From Octopus bimaculoides (lineage: Eukaryota): 57,438 nt of DNA. Positions 50,034 through 57,438 of this stretch are shown here, piece by piece. Location: NCBI RefSeq assembly GCF_001194135.2, contig NC_068999.1, forward strand, positions 31,797,593 through 31,855,030, given 5' to 3'. A model generated the notes under the pieces. It searched no databases, was not told the DNA's origin, and worked only from the letters and a program-made list of their open reading frames with translations. The position numbers and the translations under genes are program-made. Every line of letters begins with the position of its first letter. Within the stretch, counting starts at the first letter, position 1.

Positions 50034-52802
50034 ATTGTTTAGAGTAAGTGCTTAGAGAAATACAGGTGTATCAAACACCATACAACATAAATTCTTGATT
50101 TATTAAAAGTCTCTCCCCCTCTGGAGGATGTGTAACAATTACCAAATGGCAACTGAGACCAGCTCAATTTGAGAAGGGAGTATATATGTACGTAAGTATC
50201 AAACAATGAGAGTGAGTGCTCAGCACTGCATTAGTGGATAAAGATTCTTTATTTGTGGAATAAAGCTATCATTGGTTTCATGTTAAGGAAGCCCTTGATA
50301 ATTCATAAGGGAAGGCTTCCTTAACATGAAACAATATATATACAAAACGTGAAAATATTATTTTCAAGTTAGTTTGAAAATAACAGAACATTTACTTAGA
50401 TGGTGACTCAATACTGAGACTAGAATGAAATTTATTGTAAAGTTCACATTGATTAGGACTTAAAGTTTCCTCAAGCAGGTTATTCAACCAGTTTCAATGA
50501 TGAGAATTCAATAGTTCAATGAACTAAACTCTTTGTTCATTGAATAACCATATAAGTTGCAAATAATTCTACAAATAAGTCTGCCCTTGACATACATAAA
50601 TAGAATCAGTGTGACACAGTGTGTAACAAAACAGTACATTTTTATTGCTAGTACAATTCATCTGATAGCCATGATACACTTTTTATCTGGCTATTTTCAC
50701 CCACAAGGTATAACCCAAGATGTTGTTCAACGGGATTGAACCCAGGACCTTGGGAATACAACATGAACTTTTAACACACATACATATTACATATGACATT
50801 TTACATAATAGTTCTTCTTCTTCTTCTATATAAAAATGGATACCAAGATACCTCTGCTTCAGTGAGGTCAAATACAACAATGAATAGCACCTAATCATGG
50901 TACCAATTAAAATTCTCTTGGTAGATAGTGGCATAGAAAGTTTGGTATATTTGCTTTAGACACAACATGATTCATTTCATAGCCTAGTATACCATCCACA
51001 TGATACTCTTGCAATAAAAGTAAGAACGTTAAAATGAAAGGCAATTTTTCTGTTTGTCATAAACTATGATTACACAGGATGAATTTAGGAAATCATTTCA
51101 ACAGTAATTACTGATGACTTTTTAGACTTTTCTTAACAACAAAACAAGTAAACTTCAAAATATATTCATTAGACTTTATTTGTTATACAGAAACACTTTG
51201 AAGAAATGTTTTTATTCATAGAAAGCTGTCTGTTGAATTTCCATAGCTACTTTTGTCTATTTTCAGTATCTCTTTAACCTTGGAATTACCATTATTCTTT
51301 GGTGTGTGTGACAAAAGATAAAATCAGCTAATATGTAGTGTTTGTGGTGAAAGCTACGATATAACAGTCATTAGTTATGACTACGAACAGGCAAATAGCT
51401 TCAACGGCAATGGAAAGTTTTATTTATATGCGACTATTTAGTAGAATAGTCAAATTCTCCAAGACTATATTTAACAGAAAATAACGCTTCCATTGAAAGG
51501 AAATGGCAGGAGAAAATTTACAAATGTTTTCTGTCTGTCTGAAGAGAGTTACTTTAAATTAGTGTAGTTTGCACATAAATCATTCAATGCAGCCACAACC
51601 AATTCTAATTTTGTTCACACAGTAAATACTTTCAGAGAATATATACCCTATTAGTATATTACAAAACAGATTGTTGATGTACAAAGCAACAATTATATAT
51701 AATACAACCATTTTACTAAAGCTGAGGGTTAGATAAAGCATAATTAGATAGTTACCTAAATATTATCAAACTTTTAACATCCCTCCTTGGTACAAGAATT
51801 CATGAAGCAGGCACTTAACTCTCGATTCAAAAGTATTCAATGAATAAAAGAAAAGATCTTTTCCCCATTCTTGATAGGACATCACAGTGCTGTAGATAAA
51901 AATGTTGGATCTGCTAAATAATTCCTCACAGCTAGAAAAAGTGGAACATGAGGAATTGTAAGTAATGGCATGATTGTATAATGAATGTGATACCATGTGA
52001 CAGCTTTGCATCACATGGTATCATATTTGATCACACTTTGAGTTTACCCTACAAGCTAAATTTGGTAGATTGAAATCAATGTGGAAGATCATCAGTTGTT
52101 CTCTACCTTTTCTTATGTGGTAGATTTAATGTTTCCTCAATTAACACTATCACAGCCCTTGGGAACCAAGTCCTTGGCTGCCTTTAGTGAAGTTGTCTGT
52201 GTTGTCAACCACTTCAACAGAATGACCTAAACCTTGGATGGTGCCATTAGTGTAGTACACTCACTTAAAAACATTTGGACCAGATCTTCAATGGTGACAT
52301 TGTTCTGTATCCTGGTGCAGAAACTCTTAAAAAAAGAGTTTCTTTCCACCACCCACCTCTTCAGTCACAGTAAATTTCCTTTCGTCCTGACTAAGCCTTC
52401 AGAAAGAGAGACACACACTGAAACAATAACAATTCAAAACATATAAGCTGACAGTCTGACAAGTTTAACCAAACTTTAAAGCATACAAGAGAGAAAAACA
52501 AGAGGAATTAGAATTACTGTCAGATTTCAACAAGAATCCCTACAACAATAATTAGGCATTTAAAGGTTCTCAGTTGTACATCCATATCTCAAAAGTATTA
52601 GAATCATAACTAAAAATTCCTCTGAGATATTTAGAAAATATCTAAATGAATTTCATCCCATATACTAGATCAGCCATCTTTATAAATCTACAACCAAAAC
52701 AGAGTCACCTCCAGGAATTCCTTAATCTACCATTTAATGATACTGCATACACTTATGAACTCAATAAAAACATTGGACCTCTGGCTATATGTCATTTTCT
52801 AT

Positions 52803-53158
52803 CTTTTAACAGTTTCAGTCATTGGACTGTAGCCATCTTGGGGCACTACCTTGAGTGGTGTTTTGGTCAAAAGAATTTACCCCACTATTTATTGCTTCTT
52901 TTTTAAGTCTGGTATTTATTCAATCAATCTTTCTTGCTGAATCGCTAAGTTATGGGGTCATAAAGCAACACTGGTCGTCAAATGATGGTGGAGGGGGAGA
53001 CAAGCACAAATGTCCCCATAACTTGGCAGTATGGCAAAAAAAGCTGACAGAATAAGTATCAGAGTTAAAAATAAGTACTGGGATCAACTTGTTCTATTAA
53101 ACCACTCAAGGTATTGCCCGAGCTTGGCTGCAGTTGAATGACTGAAATAAGAAAAAGA
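52803..53158. mobile_element. Two SINE family B tail fragments in opposite orientation (52803-53010 minus; 53051-53158 plus)
   Basis: gtttcagtcattggactgtagccatcttggggcact... and its reverse-complement form ...cagttgaatgactgaaataagaaaaaga. Confidence 0.6.
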
Positions 53159-54619
53159 ACACACACATATGCATGCACACATGTATGTATGTATGTATGT
53201 ATGTATATATGTATGTATGTATGTGTGTGTATGTATGTATGTGTGTATGTATGTATGTATGCATGCATCATAGCATGCTTGATAAGCAATATCAAAAAGT
53301 AACTGGCAAATATATTAATAAATCAACAAGTGCAAACTTTCTATGTTGGCTAACAATTGGTTATGAACTCTCAATCTTTGGCTATTTACTTCCACATGCT
53401 ACAAAACAGATAGTAAATATTTTGAAAAGATGTTTTTCAAACGTTCTTCATCAATAGAAATTGCTTATCCTCAGTTTAAAGGATTATTTAAATTTTCTTT
53501 CTGTTACATCTATGTAACATTTATGAGTTCCTACTAAGCTGGGCTGCTAGAGGTGACCTCTGTCACATAAATTATTGCTTGAACTTTGCATGTATTGTGA
53601 TATTTGCATGAGCAGGCATGTACATATTATGTTGCATCAGGTTTATAATAACTACAGATAAAAGTAAGTTCGTATCTCAAAATGTTTTCTTTATGTATGA
53701 TCTGGAGGAAAGTATTTGTCTGCCTGGGTTATGAATGTTCTTGGTGTCATATATTTATATTGAGTGAAAACTGATGCATGAACCATATTTCAGTACTTCT
53801 TATTCAATAATATTGAATAGGATTTCAGCGCATGTATGATTTTCACTATGAACCCACTAGCACTAATAAGAAATAAGCATTATGTGACATTCTCTTTTAA
53901 AAACTTGGATTAGAAGAACACTATAAAACTGACCTATTGAATTTGGAAATTTAAAGAAAAGAATTGGAAGGATCAAGACCCTAAAAGATTGGTAAAATGT
54001 GTAATCTGTGTACAGCAAGGAAAAGCAGAGATGAACCCATGAGGACTTTCATAAATAAAACCTTTATTTAACTACCAGATCAAAGATAAATGAGAAATGC
54101 AGATAATACAAAAAGCACCTACATCATCTACATTCAATTAGTATCACATATATGCACAGACGCCTGATATTATTTAATGCTTTTTCTCTTTCAGTTACAC
54201 CCCTCTATTTTTATATTCCTTTAATGAAAAAGGAAGGTTGGAAAATATGTCTTAAGTTTTTTAGATCATGTGAAGCTAAATAAGGCCTGAAGATAGAGAC
54301 TGGGAAGTCCACATGATAAGTTATCCTATATTACTTTAAAAATTCAAATATATGTGTTTGCGTGTGTATGTCCATACACACACTAACACACACATTTATA
54401 TTGATGTCATAAAAATTTAGAAACTTTGAGATAACATGAAATAATGGGTGAATGATGAAATTCAAAGCAGAAAATGCCATAAATTATAGCAAGTAAATAT
54501 TGGATTTAAAAAAATTACATGCTATTATTTATAGCTTTATCTGCTTCAAGTTTCACCATTTCAAAAAAAAAAAAAATTGCATGTGTGCATGCATACATGT
54601 GTGGGCGGGATACACAAAA

Positions 54620-56040
54620 AATCTTCTCAGCATTTGTTTTCTGCACAGAATCTCCATTGCCAAAAACTTCCAGTCCAGCAAAAAATGGTTGCCAAAGCAA
54701 AATGAGAGAAATACTTTGAAAAATCTAGGAAAAATTGTATAGAAGTTATAATTTCTTTGCCAGTAACTCATGAATGTATATATTTATTCCAAAATAAAGC
54801 AATTGACATAAAGTTGAGGAATTTTGTTTGCTACTCTATCACTCTTAATGGCACAAAAGACATTACCAATACAGAGCAATTAGCTGTGTTCATTCGGAGT
54901 CTTGCCAGACTTCCAGTTTTACAAAGAATTTTTCACATTGCATTCCATTTACAGCTCAACAAAGGGACAGATATATTCTGTGAATTTCCTGCAAGCCTTC
55001 AACAAGCACATTTGGATCTGTCAAAGCTGTTTTCGGTTGCCACAGATAAAGGTCCTTCTATGTTTGGACAGAAACAATGTCTTCAAGGACTCATTGCCAG
55101 ATGGTAAACAGAGGACAACCTTACTCCTGTGATATGAAACCACTACATTATACACCAGGAAAATATCATTGCTAAGTCACTGAAGATGGCCAATGTGACT
55201 AAGACTACAATATCAATTGTAAATTGAATCCATGCAAAAGCCTTAAACCAAGCAGGTTCTGGTGGATATTGATGTTGACTATGGAGATGTGCTCAGGTAC
55301 ACTGTTGTTCAATGGTTAAGCCATGCCTCATGCTTCAATAGGTTCTACAAACTTTTCCCAGCAATCAAAGAAAATCTTCCCTTGGGTTAGTAACATAAAA
55401 TGGATTGCTGATTTGGCTTCATAGTTGATATTTCAGCATACTTTTTGACTTTGAACTATATCCTAAATGTTCTACTGTGTATTGTACAACACAGTGTCCA
55501 CTTCCACCTTTGAAAGATTCAAATTTGCACATGGCACTATGACCCATTTCCTCTCAATCTCTGAGCACAAGAACGACAGATCATACAATAAGTACAAGAT
55601 TATTAGTGACTTAATTGATGAATTTGAATGCCGTTTTGGTGACATCAAGGATTTTTGCCCTTGATGAAAATATTTTCAGCACCTATGGAAATAGATCTGG
55701 CCACTATTCCTGACAAATTTCATATACGGCTCCTGGACTTGAAGTCAAATATGGAGCTGACATCTGCAATTAAGTGTAACCAACTACTTGACTTTTGGAG
55801 TCAAATCCCAGAAAGGAAATGTCCTAACTTAGTTACTAATGCACAGAAAAATTCCCCTGTATTTGATTCAACATATGTGTGAGAAGCACTTTTAAGGAAA
55901 CTGTGGATATCAAAACAAAATATTATGTCCAATTGACTATCATGCCAACCATCTCTCACATACTGTATCTTTCACTATGAGCCCTTGTTTTGACAAACTA
56001 GTTGAAAGTCAAAAGTAAAATAAAGTGTCTCATTAAATTC
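54620..56040 (+). mobile_element. hAT transposase remnant of the SPIN/GTF2IRD2 (Buster/Charlie-related) type
   Basis: FVCYSITLNGTKDITNTEQLAVFIR (cf. FSIALDESTDITDTAQLAIFIR), LSKLFSVATDKGPSM (TTDGAPSM), HYIIHQE (HCIIHQE), QWLS (RWLS), VFDSTYV (FGSTYxCE). Many stops and frameshifts. Confidence 0.88.
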
Positions 56041-57096
56041 CATTTTTCTAGTATTTTTTGTTACAGTCTTTCCTTCATTAATATAATAACTTTCTCTTTA
56101 ATTGACTTATATTTTACTTATTTTGGTGCAACCCACTAAAAAAAGTCCAGGTTTTGGATCTGACCCTGATATTGAAAAGATCAAGAAGCACTGGTCTCGT
56201 CTTTTTCAGTTCCACAAAAAATGCAATCCCCACCACATATCAAGAAAATTCTTTCCTACCAATTGCAAGTGTTACATCTCATTAAATCTCATGATCTTTC
56301 ATTATAACTTCATATAAAGAAAACATAGTGAAACTACATCATAGAAGCAATCAATCAGTTTTCAAAAACCTTCCTACACAACAACTTCTTGTTTATTGGT
56401 CAGTTATTAGTTTACAGATGTAAACTAAGCATTACCCATGTCAACTACATCGGTCTAGGAGGTCTTTTTATAAACCATAGGCACTGCTCTTTCTCCTTCC
56501 TTATCTAAGTAAAGAAATGCATTTCTTATCAATGCAATATTGAAGTGAATATATCCTTGGTTGATGCCCTCTCTATTATAATCCATCTATACATTATAGA
56601 CATATATAAATAATTATATATACTATAATTTGATAAGGTATGTAAATTATTTATAACGAGACATAGACTAAAAAACTTACAGATAAACTTTTAACAGAAT
56701 AACATCTAACAACCATTCTCATCCTACCTCTTATTGCAGCTTCTCTTGGAAATAAAAATTTACACTGACTTCACATTTATATTGATGAAATCTCCAACAA
56801 ATCGACTGTGTTTCTCACCAATATATCTCATAACTTCTATTACATTTTATTCATCAAATCTATTGCTGGCAGTTTCGAAAGTATTTGTTTTGCCTAGCCA
56901 TTAATTAATTATGTCTGGAGGATTATTAAACATTAAACAAAGTGATCAGCAATTAAAGTGGAAAGGTGGGTATTTTAATTATAAACTTTCCAAATTTTCA
57001 TCCACAATTCAGTCTTTACAAATATTTGTTTCAGCTAATTTCTCTCATTTCTTAATTAAAATATAATACAAAGGATGCATGGCTCATATATATATA

Positions 57097-57438
57097 TCAT
57101 CATCATCATCATCATCATCATCATCGTCTAACGTCCGCTTTCCATGCTAGCATGGGTTGGACGATTTGACTGAGGACTGGTGAAACCGGATGGCAACACC
57201 AGGCTCCAATCTAATTTGGCAGAGTTTCTACAGCTGGATGCCCTTCCTAACGCCAACCACTCAGAGAGTGTAGTGGGTGCTTTTACGTGTCACCCGCACG
57301 AAAACGGCCACGCTCGAAATGGTGTCTTTTATGTGCCACCCGCACAAGCCAGTCCAGGGGCACTGGCAACGATCTCACTTGAAAATCCTACGGGAGCCAG
57401 TCAGGCGGTACTGGCAACGGCCACGCTCAAAACGGTGC
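57097..57438 (-). mobile_element. Young RTE LINE 3' end, running off the window edge
   Basis: (CAT)n cgtctaacgtccgctttccatgctagcatgggttggacg...ggatgcccttcctaacgccaaccac. CpGs are largely retained, unlike older copies. Confidence 0.9.

Noticed and set aside
52320-52342. 9-bp hairpin gaaactctt-aaaaa-aagagtttc as an intrinsic terminator
   Set aside because: Eukaryotic context, AT-rich and short enough to be expected by chance.
12169-57120. Many short ORFs of the MCVCVC / YIYIYI / HTHTHT / poly-I / poly-V / poly-S type
   Set aside because: They are translations of (CA)n, (TA)n, (CATA)n, (ATT)n and (TAG)n microsatellites, with no splice or homology support.

Overview
AT-rich, microsatellite-dense eukaryotic genomic DNA with several assembly gaps. 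The repeat families I recognise (tRNA-derived SINEs, RTE LINE tails ending in (GAT)n, Penelope-like elements) point to an octopus or other cephalopod scaffold; this is inferred from recalled repeat consensus sequences, not from a search. I found no intact protein-coding gene, rRNA, tRNA gene or CRISPR array. The window is mostly decayed mobile elements: a Helitron Rep-helicase (2.9-6.5 kb, minus), a spliced DUF4806-like pseudogene beside a CACTA/EnSpm-like end and between two ~310-bp inverted arms (12.0-18.4 kb), pogo, Tc1, mariner and SPIN/GTF2IRD2-type hAT transposase remnants, RTE, R4/Dong and CR1-like LINE pieces, Penelope GIY-YIG fragments, three SINE families and several fold-back elements. 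The best candidate for an undescribed system is at 35821-36325: a tRNA-like Pol III head fused through (AAT)n to a Penelope-type minimal hammerhead ribozyme motif, present as a head-to-head inverted pair. Both copies carry core mutations, mostly consistent with CpG decay. Other leads are a 64-nt pre-miRNA-like hairpin (14202-14265), an RT-less Penelope that keeps its endonuclease (42.8-44.1 kb), a possible signal-peptide exon (41156-41340) and a CRE/NRF1-like promoter at ~300-362. All alignments and identities were judged by eye.
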